NCBI GenBank assembly: GCA_041697335.1 | Contig: JBGUGD010000009.1 | Location: 64,001-128,000, forward strand | Source: Vampirovibrionaceae bacterium NZW_1234 | GTDB lineage: Bacteria > Cyanobacteriota > Vampirovibrionia > Vampirovibrionales > JAGQHJ01 | Direction of reading: 5' to 3' | DNA length: 64,000 nt | In this document: piece after piece, positions 1-10,631 of the stretch | Position numbering within the stretch: the stretch's first letter is position 1 | How the letters are laid out: each line of letters starts with the position of its first letter | Notes under the pieces: generated by a model | The model's input: the letters and a program-made list of their open reading frames with translations, nothing else | Told to the model about the DNA's origin: nothing | Databases searched by the model: none | Position numbers and translations under genes: made by a program

Positions 1-1884
1 GCAGGTCAAGTCGGAAATAACGTCGGAAATGCCGTTAATTTCCACCACCACGGTGCCGGTAATGGATTGAATTTCATTGATTTTCACATGAATATCCTGG
101 GTGGCTTCCTCCACTTGTTTGGCCAGTTCCTTGACTTCATTGGCGACAACGGCAAAGCCTTTCCCGGCCTCTCCGGCATTGGCGGCTTCAATGGTGGCAT
201 TCAATGCCAGCAGGTTGGTCTGGGAAGCAATGCCTTTAATCAGATCAATGACCTTGCCGATGGCTTCGGCGGATGAATCCAGCTTCTGGACAATGGCCTT
301 GCTGCTGTCCACGGACTGCTGGGCCGCAATGGCAAAGTTGGCCGCTTTGCCGGTGTTCTGGGAGACCTCGATGAGGGAGCAGGACATTTCCTCAATGGCA
401 GCGGCAACCGAGGAAACCGAGGCGGAAATATCAGCCGTTGCCGTTGCCATGGCAGACATGCCCGTGGACAAGTGCTGCGTTACCTCGCCGATAGATTGGT
501 TATTGGCGGCAATTTTCTCGCTGGCCTTAAACAGCTGCTGGATATTCACCGACGATTCTTCCACGGCAACCGACACCGTTTTGAGGTTATCGTTGCATTG
601 GTGGGCCAGTTCCGAGGCAGTCATAGACAAGTGGGACATTTCGCCCGAGGCCTGTTCCATTTGCGAAGAGGTGGCCGACAGTTCTTCGGACGATGAGACA
701 ACGGACTGGGCATTTTGCTTAATCTCCAGCACCATGCGTTCCAGGTTCCGCACCATCTCGTTTAATGACCGCCCGAGCTGGCCGATCTCATCCTGGCGAT
801 CCAGGCTGGTGTGATGGGACAAGTCGCCCTGGGCCACATGCATGGCCACCGTCATACATTCCTGAATGGGCGGGACGATGCTGTTGGTCAGGTAATACAT
901 CGCAAAGCCGACAAAGACCAGGGTTAATAGGGCCACCCCGACGGCAATCCACAGTTCCGTCGTAAAGTGAGCCTGTTCACTGGAGACGATGTCCTTCAGA
1001 TCGGCGGTCAATTGCGTTTCAACCTCTCTGAGGCTGTTGATATAGGTGGTGGCGGCGGAAAACCAGGTGGCGGAATCGACATTGAAACGACCGCCGGTTC
1101 CGTTGATCAATGCGATTTCTCGGAATTCCTTGACTTGTTTCGCTGCGCCAGTGGCCATTTGCTGGTTAAACAACAGGTTTTGTTTCTGTGAAGCCATCAG
1201 GGTAAAGGTTTCCAGATAGGTTGCTTCTTTGCCAATGACCGAGATTACGTTTAGGAGGTGTTCCGGGGTCATGGTGTCGCTTTTGAATGCGGCAGCCAGA
1301 AGGGCCCGGCTTCGTCCGGCGTTTTCCTTGCCACGCAGCAGGGTCACGTAGCCCCGCAAGGTGTTGACCACCTTGGCATTGGGTGTAAATTTGGAAACCA
1401 CCTCGATGGAATCCAACATATCGGCATTCAGCCGGGTATAGAATGCGATGGCCTCTTTGGCCGTCCATTCCTGCCGATCCACTTTTTCACGCACCTCCGG
1501 CAGTTGTTTCAGGGAGGCCTGTATGGACGCTAAGGGCTTCTCCAGTTCGGCACTGTAGCCATGCGAATCGAAGCGGCCCAGGAATGCCGTTAATGTCTGT
1601 AGGGCCTTATCTGCCTGCTGGCGCTGTTCCTTCAGTTGCTCCTGGCTTTTGGCATCCTTCGCGGTGAGATACAAGCTGCTGAGGCCGCGTTCTTTTTGTG
1701 TTTCATGCATAAACTGGCTCAGATGAATGCTGAGATCCGAGAGCGTGGCGACCGACTGCATATTGTGCAGTTTCACGGACTTGTCCACAATATCGGTGAG
1801 GGCGAAGTAAATTAAACACAGCAAGGGAAGCAATAACAGATAAAGGAATTTATGACTGAGTTTGGCGTCTTGAATCCACTTCAT
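1..1884 (-). CDS. Methyl-accepting chemotaxis protein with periplasmic NIT (nitrate/nitrite-sensing) domain; runs off the window edge
   Basis: Frame read by hand and open from ATG 1884 to base 1. N-terminal TM, NIT motifs [14 protein letters not shown] and KENAGRSRA, second TM, HAMP, then MCP signature [37 protein letters not shown]. Confidence 0.93.
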   Translation of the reverse strand, partial: MKWIQDAKLSHKFLYLLLLPLLCLIYFALTDIVDKSVKLHNMQSVATLSDLSIHLSQFMHETQKERGLSSLYLTAKDAKSQEQLKEQRQQADKALQTLTAFLGRFDSHGYSAELEKPLASIQASLKQLPEVREKVDRQEWTAKEAIAFYTRLNADMLDSIEVVSKFTPNAKVVNTLRGYVTLLRGKENAGRSRALLAAAFKSDTMTPEHLLNVISVIGKEATYLETFTLMASQKQNLLFNQQMATGAAKQVKEFREIALINGTGGRFNVDSATWFSAATTYINSLREVETQLTADLKDIVSSEQAHFTTELWIAVGVALLTLVFVGFAMYYLTNSIVPPIQECMTVAMHVAQGDLSHHTSLDRQDEIGQLGRSLNEMVRNLERMVLEIKQNAQSVVSSSEELSATSSQMEQASGEMSHLSMTASELAHQCNDNLKTVSVAVEESSVNIQQLFKASEKIAANNQSIGEVTQHLSTGMSAMATATADISASVSSVAAAIEEMSCSLIEVSQNTGKAANFAIAAQQSVDSSKAIVQKLDSSAEAIGKVIDLIKGIASQTNLLALNATIEAANAGEAGKGFAVVANEVKELAKQVEEATQDIHVKINEIQSITGTVVVEINGISDVISDLTC

Positions 1885-2611
1885 GCGTTTGTCCTTCTGT
1901 CTCGTCGTTCGTCATACGGTTCTCGTCACGTATCCTAAAATTTTTCAGCAACAGACTGCATCCTCTGGGCAATGGAGAACGATACAGCCCAAAACCACGG
2001 CCTACCTTATGAAACACAAGAATCCGAACTCGAAACCCAAGTCCCCAAAAGACATTCCTATCCCCTCTCTACCAGAGGGTATACGTGTAGGGGGCTGCCC
2101 TTCTCACCGGATTCCAAGACTCATCCCTGACTCTTAACGGCCTTTGCTAATGGGGTCCTTGAGAGATCGGATTATAGTCTGCCTATCGATTGTTCTATCT
2201 CAGGATGACATCCTGCTCAAAATGCTTGTCATGGTTTTATTCCTGAAAAATATGCACTATGAAAAGAAATAGGGTTACTTTAATGTTCCTTGTTGCCGAA
2301 CGGATTTAATCTGACCAGTATCAATGTTGAAGATGCCTACATATAGTCAATTACAGCGATAGAAACATTAAAAAAGCCTTAAGAATAAAGGGTTTGAGAC
2401 AAATTAGTATATAATAAAGATATAATTAAATAGCTTGGGAACTCGACCCGCCATGCGTAAAATAGCGGAAAACCGCGTGAAAATCGCCAAAATTCAAAAT
2501 TTCAGCCTGAACAGCAACCCATTGCAGCATTGCTTGATGGCTGAAATGCAGGTTTTGAGGGGTTTTTCAGGGTTGAGTCCTTTGAGCCCACCGGGGCAAA
2601 GGCGGGGAAAA

Positions 2612-2716
2612 TCACGCGCGTTTCACGCGAATTCACGGCGTGAATTTGAAAAACACGCGCGTGAATTGGGCCAAATCACGCGAAAACACGCGAAATTCAC
2701 GCGCAAGAACACGCGG
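2612..2716. repeat. Array of (T/A)CACGCG heptamers spaced about 10-12 bp apart
   Basis: Copies at about 2612, 2623, 2633 (variant), 2653, 2676, 2686, 2697 and 2709, plus inverted CGTGA copies; intergenic. Confidence 0.75.
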
Positions 2717-2741
2717 CGCGAGACCCCAAGGAGCGGCATAC

Positions 2742-2772
2742 AAAAACGCCGTCCTATAGAAGAGGACGGCGT
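2742..2772 (-). terminator. Rho-independent terminator of infC-rpmI-rplT
   Basis: acgccgtcct/aggacggcgt stem with a T-tract on the minus strand, just after rplT. Confidence 0.8.
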
Positions 2773-2797
2773 CTTGAAAAAGAGTAGTCAGCCCTGG

Positions 2798-3157
2798 TTA
2801 CGCAGGAAGGGCCTCTTTGGCCTGCTGGGCGATTTTGGCAAAGGCGTCTTTGTCACGCACAGCCAGGTCGGCGAGAAACTTGCGGTTCACGTCGATGTTG
2901 GCCCGTTTCAGGCCGAAGGAGAATTGGCTGTAGGACAAGCCGTGCAGACGGGCTGCTGCGTTGATGCGGGTAATCCACAGACGACGCAGGTTCCGGCGCT
3001 TGTTGCGGCGATCGCGGTATGCGTATTTCAGGGACTTCATGACCGCTTGGTTGGCGACCTTGAAGAGTTTGCTGCGAGTGCCACGGAAGCCTTTAGCGAG
3101 CTTCAGGACTTTCTTGTGGCGCTTGCGGAGGACATTTCCACGTTTAACCCGAGACAT
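2798..3157 (-). CDS. rplT: 50S ribosomal protein L20
   Basis: MSRVKRG...[12 protein letters not shown]...[13 protein letters not shown]. Confidence 0.99.
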   Translation of the reverse strand: MSRVKRGNVLRKRHKKVLKLAKGFRGTRSKLFKVANQAVMKSLKYAYRDRRNKRRNLRRLWITRINAAARLHGLSYSQFSFGLKRANIDVNRKFLADLAVRDKDAFAKIAQQAKEALPA

Positions 3158-3193
3158 GTTCTATCTAGACCTCAATTTCAGGGTATCAAAAAT

Positions 3194-3412
3194 CTATTTA
3201 TGGATGTATTTGAGATACGGAATCTCATCCAGGATTTTAATGGCATTACCGGAATAAATCTCGATGTTGCCTTCCAAGCGACGCTTGCGTGCGGACGATT
3301 TCTTGGAGTTCAAGTGACCGCGCCCTGCCTGACCACGGACCAGCTTGCCTGTCCCGGTCAGTCTGTAGCGTTTAGCGCCCGCTTTATGGGTTTTCATTTT
3401 GTTCTTAGGCAT
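3194..3412 (-). CDS. rpmI: 50S ribosomal protein L35
   Basis: KMKTHKAGAKRYRLTGTGK; lies between infC and rplT. Confidence 0.97.
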   Translation of the reverse strand: MPKNKMKTHKAGAKRYRLTGTGKLVRGQAGRGHLNSKKSSARKRRLEGNIEIYSGNAIKILDEIPYLKYIHK

Positions 3413-3429
3413 AACTCCGACTGGGGCTC

Positions 3430-4005
3430 CTATTCAGGATTCGAACTACTCTTTTTCTTCCCGGGTGAGAGGATGGTAATGATCTGTCTGCCTTCCATCT
3501 TCGGAGGCGATTCGACAACACCCGAGTTTTCCAAGTCTACAACAAACTTATTTGCCAGGTCAAAGGCCAAATTTGAATGTTGTACTTCACGGCCCCGCAG
3601 TCGGATGGTGAGCTTGAGCTTATGGCCGTGATTAAGGAAGTCTTCGGCCTTTTTGCGCTTGACCTCGTAGTCGTGTGTATCAATGCGCACACCCAGTTTG
3701 AGTTCTTTGACTTCAACGTTGTGTTGTTTTTTCTTGGCCTCGCGGGCTTTTTTCTCCCGCTCAAATTTAAACTTGCCGAAATCCATCAACCGAACCACAG
3801 GCGGCGACGAGTCCAAACTCATAATAATGAGGTCAAGGCCTCGTTCGGCGGCAATCTTTTCCGCTTCAGCCCGGGAGACGACGCCGAAGGATTCATCATC
3901 GGCAATCAGGCGGACTTCCGAAGCCCGGATCTTGTCGGTCAGCAGTTGGGGGCCTTTATCAGCGGATTTGGGGTTGGATTGGGGGTTTTGGGATGATGGT
4001 TTCAT
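3430..4005 (-). CDS. infC: Translation initiation factor IF-3
   Basis: IRASEVRLI, PPVVRLMDFGKFKFE, IDTHDY, RLRGRE motifs; canonical operon. Confidence 0.98.
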   Translation of the reverse strand: MKPSSQNPQSNPKSADKGPQLLTDKIRASEVRLIADDESFGVVSRAEAEKIAAERGLDLIIMSLDSSPPVVRLMDFGKFKFEREKKAREAKKKQHNVEVKELKLGVRIDTHDYEVKRKKAEDFLNHGHKLKLTIRLRGREVQHSNLAFDLANKFVVDLENSGVVESPPKMEGRQIITILSPGKKKSSSNPE

Positions 4006-4499
4006 ACCGTTTGTGTCTGTTTCCTCCGGTTAGGGTCAATAAGGGTGAGCGACAGATGCTCGAAATAAAACTACATTATATTACACGAGTTTATCAATCC
4101 CCGCTATGGGTCGACCTTCTTCGTTTGATGGATTCTCCGGGCCGGTGGCGGGAAACGGCGGTCTGGCCGGAAAGGGGGTGTCAAAACATGAGTTTCTCAT
4201 GGTGACGTTTTCGGCATAATGGGGTAATCCGCCAACGGAATCCGGGCAATATGAAGAAATATTACAAAAAGGGTATCAGGACCCGGTCCGGCTATCAATA
4301 GAGACGATTGATGGATTTAGTACATCTGAAAGCATTTTGACCGACCCCACCGGCCAGGGTAAAGAACGTACTCAAAAAAGTGGCTCAGGAAAACAATGCT
4401 TTACTTTATGAACTCCCATGGCTTTGGTACAATACCAACCATCGGGGACCTATAAAGAAGTCGATGATACCCTCATCTAAGAAGGACAGACGAACCAAG

Positions 4500-4628
4500 A
4501 TGACGTTTTTGGTTGAATCCATTATTCAGTTTCTCCTGCTGCCTTATCGGGTGATCAAGGCCATGAAGACGGCCTACCAACAGTTCACCCAAAGCCTGGC
4601 CAAGCCCAGACCCCTGGGTCTTCTGTAA
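4500..4628 (+). CDS. Possible 42-aa small protein
   Basis: AAGGA upstream, TACAAT near 4429, hydrophobic N-half MTFLVESIIQFLLLPY; no recognisable homology. Confidence 0.3.
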   Translation: MTFLVESIIQFLLLPYRVIKAMKTAYQQFTQSLAKPRPLGLL

Positions 4629-4885
4629 TTCCCGGGTTGGTAATTCCCATTTAGGTTGGCCGAGAAACCCATATCCATTACATTGCCCGTGGCATCCCGC
4701 CGGGAGCTTTTTCAATGCTACAATTGGCGCAGGAGTAAAGCCTCATGCTTTTCTCTTGAGGGCTTCTTGGGTACAATACCCCTATACCCGGCCCTGCGGC
4801 TGTCGGCAACGCATTCGGACACAAACCGGGTTTGGCTCGCGTAAAGCGGCAAACCCCAAGGAAGGTCATCCCAAAAGGAGTCACA

Positions 4886-5722
4886 ATGGTCCTGCAATCT
4901 GGAAAACTCGGCATTATTGGAGCGGGCGTGATGGGTCAGGCCCTTGCCCGAGGCATGCTGGCCACCGGCGTGGTTGAGGCCAACCAGCTCTGGGCGGCTG
5001 CCCGAACCGAGGCCACTTGCCGCAAAATTACCGAAGACCTGGGAATTGCCGCCGTCACCGATTACAAGGACCACTTGGCCGACACCGACATCCTGCTCCT
5101 CTGCGTCAAGCCGTCGACCGTCGACAAGGTCCTGGCTAATCTTAAAAAGCACAAGCTGTCACCCAAGACCCTGGTGATTTCCATCACGGCAGGCACCTCC
5201 ATTGCCCATCTGGAAGACACCCTCGCCCAAAGCAACCCGGTTATTCGGGCCATGCCCAACACCCCCTGCATCGTGGGCCAGGGGATGACCGTTGTCTGCC
5301 CCGGTACCCACGCCACCGCCGAGGATCTGCGCAAGGCCCTCAACATCTTCGAGGCCGTCGGGCAGTGCATGGAACTGGAAGAACTTCATTTTGACGCCGT
5401 GACCGGCCTAAGCGGCAGCGGTCCGGCCTACCTCTTTCTCATCATCGAAGCCCTGGCCGATGGCGGGGTCCGTGTGGGCCTGCCGCGGGAAGTGGCCTTG
5501 AAAATCGTCAGCCAGGTGGTCCTCGGTGCTGCGACCATGGTCCAGCAAACCGGACGCCACCCGGCCTCGCTGAGAGACGATGTTACAACCCCAGCCGGCT
5601 GCACCATTGGCGGCCTTCTGATGATGGAGGACGGTAAGATCCGCTCGGTCCTGGCACGGGCCGTCGAGGAAGCCGCACAAATCGCCGGCCAATTGGGGCG
5701 CCATGAGACCGGCAAGTCATAA
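4886..5722 (+). CDS. proC: Pyrroline-5-carboxylate reductase
   Basis: GIIGAGVMG Rossmann motif, RAMPNTP, SGSGPAY, TTPAGCTIGG; AGGAG RBS before ATG 4886. Confidence 0.97.
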   Translation: MVLQSGKLGIIGAGVMGQALARGMLATGVVEANQLWAAARTEATCRKITEDLGIAAVTDYKDHLADTDILLLCVKPSTVDKVLANLKKHKLSPKTLVISITAGTSIAHLEDTLAQSNPVIRAMPNTPCIVGQGMTVVCPGTHATAEDLRKALNIFEAVGQCMELEELHFDAVTGLSGSGPAYLFLIIEALADGGVRVGLPREVALKIVSQVVLGAATMVQQTGRHPASLRDDVTTPAGCTIGGLLMMEDGKIRSVLARAVEEAAQIAGQLGRHETGKS

Positions 5723-5749
5723 GACACATTGATTGAAGGGAGAACCGAT

Positions 5750-6958
5750 ATGATGTTGAACCAAAGCACCACCACCCAAGACTACATTGCGCTTGAAGAA
5801 CAGTACGGCGCCCATAACTACCACCCCCTGGACATCGTCATTGAACGCGGCGAAGGGGTGTGGGTGTACGACGTGGACGGCAACCGCTACATGGACTGCT
5901 TAAGCGCCTACTCCGCCGTCAACCAGGGCCACTGTCACCCCAAAATTGTCCAAGCCCTCAAGGATCAGGCCGACAAAGTGACCCTGACCTCCCGGGCCTT
6001 TCGCAACAGTCAATTGCCCCTCTTTTATAAGGAATTGACCGAGCTGACCGGAACCGAGTCCGTGTTGCCCATGAACTCCGGCGCCGAAGCCATGGAAACC
6101 GCCATTAAGACCGCCCGCAAGTGGGGCTACAAGGTCAAGGGCATCCCCGAGAACCAGGCCGAAATCATCGTCTGCGAAAACAACTTCCACGGCCGCACCA
6201 CCACCATCATCAGCTGCTCCACCGAGCCCCAGTATAAAGATGGCTTCGGGCCCTTCACGCCCGGCTTCAAAATCGTGCCCTTTGGCGACATCGAGGCCCT
6301 GAAGAAGGCCATCACCCCCAACACCTGTGCCTTTATGGTCGAACCCATCCAGGGCGAAGCCGGTATCCTGATGCCCCCGGACGGCTACTTGAAGGCGGCC
6401 GAGGACGTCTGCAAGGCCAACAACGTTCTCCTGGTCATGGACGAGGTTCAAACCGGCCTGGGCCGTACCGGCAAGCTCTTTGCCTTCCAGCACGAAGGCG
6501 TCACCCCCGACATCATCGTCATCGGCAAAGCCCTCTCCGGCGGCTTCTACCCGGTTTCTGCGATGCTGACCTCCCGGGCCATCATGTCCGTCTTCCACCC
6601 CGGCGATCATGGCAGTACCTTCGGTGGTAACCCCCTGGCCTGTGCCGTCGCCCGGGCTGCGCTCCAGGTCATCGTGGACGAGGGCCTGGTCGCCCGCTCC
6701 GAGACCTTGGGCAACAGCTTCCTGGAGAAGCTCAAGACCTTGAAGAACCCCCATATCAAAGAAGTCCGTGGCCGTGGCCTCTTCATCGGCATCGAGCTGG
6801 ACACCAAGGCGCGCCCCTACTGCGAAGCCTTGAAAGCCCAGGGCTTGCTGTGCAAGGAGACCCACGAAAACGTCATCCGAATCGCTCCGCCTCTGGTCAT
6901 CACCGAAGAAGAACTGAACTGGGCCTTCGAACGCATCCAGAACGTCCTGGACGCCTAG
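5750..6958 (+). CDS. rocD: Ornithine--oxo-acid transaminase
   Basis: [60 protein letters not shown]. Confidence 0.97.
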   Translation: MMLNQSTTTQDYIALEEQYGAHNYHPLDIVIERGEGVWVYDVDGNRYMDCLSAYSAVNQGHCHPKIVQALKDQADKVTLTSRAFRNSQLPLFYKELTELTGTESVLPMNSGAEAMETAIKTARKWGYKVKGIPENQAEIIVCENNFHGRTTTIISCSTEPQYKDGFGPFTPGFKIVPFGDIEALKKAITPNTCAFMVEPIQGEAGILMPPDGYLKAAEDVCKANNVLLVMDEVQTGLGRTGKLFAFQHEGVTPDIIVIGKALSGGFYPVSAMLTSRAIMSVFHPGDHGSTFGGNPLACAVARAALQVIVDEGLVARSETLGNSFLEKLKTLKNPHIKEVRGRGLFIGIELDTKARPYCEALKAQGLLCKETHENVIRIAPPLVITEEELNWAFERIQNVLDA

Positions 6959-6975
6959 ACTATTACCCCATTCCC

Positions 6976-7010
6976 AACGAGGCCCCTGTTATCCGACAGG
7001 GGCCTCGTTC
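6976..7010 (+). terminator. Terminator hairpin after rocD
   Basis: aacgaggcccctgt/acaggggcctcgtt 14-bp stem. Confidence 0.7.
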
Positions 7011-7122
7011 GTTACCAACGCCCTGAGCCGATCCGACCGACCCTGTCTTTACAGCGATCTCAGCATGGGGCATAATCATGCCTAGAGGTTCGGGCTAGAG
7101 GTTCGGGAATGAGGATACGAAC

Positions 7123-7650
7123 GTGAGATCCCCAGGGAGAGTGTCACGACATGGGTTCATGGCTATGGTGGGCCTCATCCTGCTGATGGTGCTCGTGTCA
7201 CCCCACGCAACTGCGGAAGAAGTCTTCATGGTCAAATTCCCCAAGACCTTTCCGGTCCCCACCCGAATGCTTGAAGCGGACGGCGTCGGTGGACGCTATG
7301 TGACCTCCAAAGATCGGGGCGCTCAAGTCTGCATGGTGGCATGGAACCGCATCCCCGATGCGGTTCTGAAGAAGAAGACAGCCGAGCAGATCCTGAACGA
7401 CGCGGCCAAAGGTGGGGTGGGCCAATTCGAAAAGCTCCTGGAACGGGTGACCCCCATCTCCCTGCAGGGCCATCCCGGACGCTATATCGAACGCCAGAGC
7501 CTCCAAAACGGCATGGACGTCTTCTTCGTGGACAAGGTCATTTACAAAAAACCCCGCCTCTACCAGGTGGTCTACATTGGCACCCGCAAAGCCGACATGC
7601 GGGCTCCCGAGGTGCAGCACTTCCTCGAGTCATTCCGCTTCAAACCTTAA
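7123..7650 (+). CDS. Secreted hypothetical protein (PsbP/DcrB-like fold possible)
   Basis: Signal peptide ending ATA-EE; C-terminal RLYQVVY...FLESFRF pattern. Confidence 0.6.
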   Translation: MRSPGRVSRHGFMAMVGLILLMVLVSPHATAEEVFMVKFPKTFPVPTRMLEADGVGGRYVTSKDRGAQVCMVAWNRIPDAVLKKKTAEQILNDAAKGGVGQFEKLLERVTPISLQGHPGRYIERQSLQNGMDVFFVDKVIYKKPRLYQVVYIGTRKADMRAPEVQHFLESFRFKP

Positions 7651-7748
7651 GGTTTCATTAGAATCCCAAAAACCGGGGCAAAAAATCCCGTCCGTGGTTT
7701 TTATTCATGTACCCAGAATTGGTAGAGGAACACTGAGGAGGGAACCCG

Positions 7749-7949
7749 ATGACCCAAGATTTCGATTTCAGCCAACTTGAACGCTTGCACTCCGACGAGG
7801 CCTGGACAATGGCTGAACTCATCCATCTCCAGAAAGAGCCCGGCTTTTCACGCAAGGATTGGGATTCGGATAGCCCGGCCCCTCGCGCCATCTACCGCGA
7901 CGTCGATTTGAGCTGGATGCCCCCTGTGCCCGAACTGTGCGTGCATTAG
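7749..7949 (+). CDS. Small hypothetical protein
   Basis: Strong GAGGAGGG RBS; 66 aa; fills the gap before the proA stop. Confidence 0.55.
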   Translation: MTQDFDFSQLERLHSDEAWTMAELIHLQKEPGFSRKDWDSDSPAPRAIYRDVDLSWMPPVPELCVH

Positions 7950-7972
7950 ACTGAACGAACTCCTAAACGGAA

Positions 7973-9286
7973 TTAGACGTCCAGCCGGGTGTGCTTGAAC
8001 GCCGTGGCGTTTTCGCCCACATAGTCGCTGACCCGTTGGCCGTCCCCGCGAAGCTTGTACTTGTAAATCACCAATCCCTCTAGACCCACCGGACCTCGGG
8101 CATGGGTTTTGGCAGTGCTGATACCGATTTCAGCACCAAACCCAAAGCGAAACCCGTCGGCAAAGCGAGTGGAGGCGTTGGCAAACACGCAGGCCGAATC
8201 AATGTGGTTGAGGAACTGCTCAATCACCGCTGGATCCTGGGCCAGAATGCTGTCGGTATGATGCGAGCCGTAGGTGTTGATGTGGTCAATGGCTTCGGCA
8301 ATGCCGGACACGACTTTGACGGCAAGCGTCAAGTCGCCGTATTCCGTGCGCCAATCGTCAACCGTGGCGGTGTCGATGGACTCGATATAGGTGCGGCTGC
8401 GATCACAACCGCGTAACTGAATGCCCACCACGCTGGCCGCCAGATAGAACAGTGGCAGGAACTTGGGTGCAATCTCGGCATCAACCAGGAGGGTTTCAAG
8501 TGCATTGCATGCAGCCGGATACTGGGCTTTGGCATCAATCACGATGTCCACGGCCTTGGACAGGGCAGCGCTGGTATGAATATACATGTGGCACACACCA
8601 TCGGCATGACCCATCACAGGGATCTTGGTCGAGGCCATAATGGACTGGACCAACTGATTGGACCCGCGGGGAATGACCAGATCGACATACTGATGGTAGG
8701 CCAGCATTTCCTGAACCGCTTCCCGGCTGTCCAGCAGTTGGGCCCAGGCCTGGGGCAGAAACTCGAACTGTGGCGTCACCTCACGCACCAGCTGCATAAA
8801 GGCGTGGTTGGAGTGATGCGCTTCCTTGCCGCCTTTCAGGACCACGGCGTTACCACTCTTCAAAGTCAAGGAGAGGATCTGGGGAATCACATCCGGGCGG
8901 GATTCGAAGATGATGCCGATCACCCCGATGGGGACTGACACCTTCTCCAACACCAGGTTGTCATCCAGAAGCGTACGGGATTGCACCTGTCCGGCAGGGT
9001 CGGCGAGCTGAATGACGTCGCGGATACCCTGGACCAGCTGGCGGAGCTTGCTTTCATCCAGCTTCAGGCGTTGATACAGACTCGGGGCAATCTTGCCCTC
9101 CTGCTCGGCCAGATCCTTGGCATTGGCTGCCAGCAGCATGGGGATGTTGGCGTCAATGGCCGATGCAAAGGCTTCCAGAACCTGGTTCTTCTGGTCCGTG
9201 GTCAACGTGGCCAGCTGATAGGAAGCTTCCCGACTGGCGCGCAGCAAGGGTTCAATGGCGGGGGCGTGAGATTGGGGCAGGTTCAT
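7973..9286 (-). CDS. proA: Gamma-glutamyl phosphate reductase
   Basis: GIIFESRP, IPRGSNQLV, CNALETLLV, NASTRFADG, HARGPVGLEGL. Confidence 0.98.
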   Translation of the reverse strand: MNLPQSHAPAIEPLLRASREASYQLATLTTDQKNQVLEAFASAIDANIPMLLAANAKDLAEQEGKIAPSLYQRLKLDESKLRQLVQGIRDVIQLADPAGQVQSRTLLDDNLVLEKVSVPIGVIGIIFESRPDVIPQILSLTLKSGNAVVLKGGKEAHHSNHAFMQLVREVTPQFEFLPQAWAQLLDSREAVQEMLAYHQYVDLVIPRGSNQLVQSIMASTKIPVMGHADGVCHMYIHTSAALSKAVDIVIDAKAQYPAACNALETLLVDAEIAPKFLPLFYLAASVVGIQLRGCDRSRTYIESIDTATVDDWRTEYGDLTLAVKVVSGIAEAIDHINTYGSHHTDSILAQDPAVIEQFLNHIDSACVFANASTRFADGFRFGFGAEIGISTAKTHARGPVGLEGLVIYKYKLRGDGQRVSDYVGENATAFKHTRLDV

Positions 9287-10443
9287 GAGAGTGGCTCCAG
9301 ATAGTCTTGATAAATGACCAGGTTGTCCCGATGGATGACTTCGTCGCTTTCGGCTGCAGGCAAAATGCCAGGTATTTCCCGGCTTTGGAGGCCCTGAATC
9401 TTGCGGGTGTCCTCGGCGCTGAAGTTGGCGAGACCACGACCGATTTCGTCTCCCTCCGGGGTCTGGATGCTGACGACCTGACGGGCCTGAAAATCCCCTT
9501 GGACCTGGGTGATGCCGCTGGGCAACAGACTCGCATGGCGGTTAATCAGGGCGGCTTTGGCCCCGTCATTAATGACAATCACGCCGCTGTATCCGGAGGC
9601 CAGTCCCAGCCAGCGCTTCTTTCCGGACATCCCGCCCTGGGCCAGGATCAGGGTGCCCACATCGGTATTGTCGGGGTTAAAGATGCGATGCAGGACATTC
9701 GGTTGGGTGCCCGAGGTAATCAGGGTATGAACGCCACTGATGGCGGCCATTTTGGCGGCTTCGATTTTGGAGGCCATGCCGCCTCGTCCCATTGTCGATT
9801 TGCCGTTGGTTTCAATGGCCTTGAGCGGCTCAAAGCCCTCGATTAAACGGAGCTTCTCGGCATTGGGGTTAAGGCTGGGGTTCTCCGTGTAGATGCCATC
9901 CACATTGGTCAGGATAATCAGGAGATCCGCGCCAAGCTTGCCGGCCACAATCGCCGAGAGCTTGTCGTTGTCGCCAAAGCTGCTGGTCTGGTTCTCTTTC
10001 AGCTCCGCTGTGGAGACGGTGTCGTTCTCGTTGATGATGGGGACAACCCGGTAATCCAGAAGGGTTTCCAGGGTGTCACGCAAATTCAGATAGCGTTGGC
10101 GGTCCTCGAAATCCAGGGAGGTGAGCAGAAGCTGGGCCGTCACCAACTGGTATCGGGAGAAAAGCTCCCGATAGATGTCCATCAGCAGATTCTGCCCCAC
10201 CGCGGCACATGCCTGCTTTTGAGACAGGCTTAGGGGGGCATGACCCAGTTTCAACGCTTGTCGCCCCAGGCCTACGGCACCGGAAGAGACAATCAAGATT
10301 GACTTGCCCAGGGCCACCAGTGCGGCACACTCTTCCACCAATGCCGCCAGACGGGCATAGGCCAGTGACCCATCTTCCTGAACCAGAATCTGGGTGCCCA
10401 ATTTGATGACAATGCGGTTGGCCTGGTGTAGTTTCTCGTGCAT
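9283..10443 (-). CDS. proB: Glutamate 5-kinase with PUA domain
   Basis: IVIKLGT, SSGAVGLG, NENDTV, FGDNDKLSA, GGMASK, SLLPSGI. Confidence 0.98.
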   Translation of the reverse strand: MHEKLHQANRIVIKLGTQILVQEDGSLAYARLAALVEECAALVALGKSILIVSSGAVGLGRQALKLGHAPLSLSQKQACAAVGQNLLMDIYRELFSRYQLVTAQLLLTSLDFEDRQRYLNLRDTLETLLDYRVVPIINENDTVSTAELKENQTSSFGDNDKLSAIVAGKLGADLLIILTNVDGIYTENPSLNPNAEKLRLIEGFEPLKAIETNGKSTMGRGGMASKIEAAKMAAISGVHTLITSGTQPNVLHRIFNPDNTDVGTLILAQGGMSGKKRWLGLASGYSGVIVINDGAKAALINRHASLLPSGITQVQGDFQARQVVSIQTPEGDEIGRGLANFSAEDTRKIQGLQSREIPGILPAAESDEVIHRDNLVIYQDYLEPLS

Positions 10444-10631
10444 CAGGGGTTGGTGTCGGGGGGTTGAGGGACCGTTTGATTGCTATCAGTATATCAGGAA
10501 TCCGCCCAAGCGAGCGTCATGGGTCCGGCAAATACATGCACGACAGACGTGAGGGCCTTCGGAGGGTTGGGTTTAGAGTTGCCTGAAATATGGTATAGTG
10601 AGCCTATACGGGTGATTTGAGGCAACAACCG

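Noticed and set aside
67..1667. Several plus-strand ORFs
   Set aside because: Antisense to the MCP, which the ORF track missed because its stop codon is outside the window.
2040..2200. c-di-GMP riboswitch upstream of the MCP
   Set aside because: GGCA/GCAAA fragments are present but I could not build the GEMM two-stem structure; an Rfam scan would be needed.
2435..3631. 398-aa plus-strand ORF
   Set aside because: Antisense shadow of rplT-rpmI-infC plus the repeat region.
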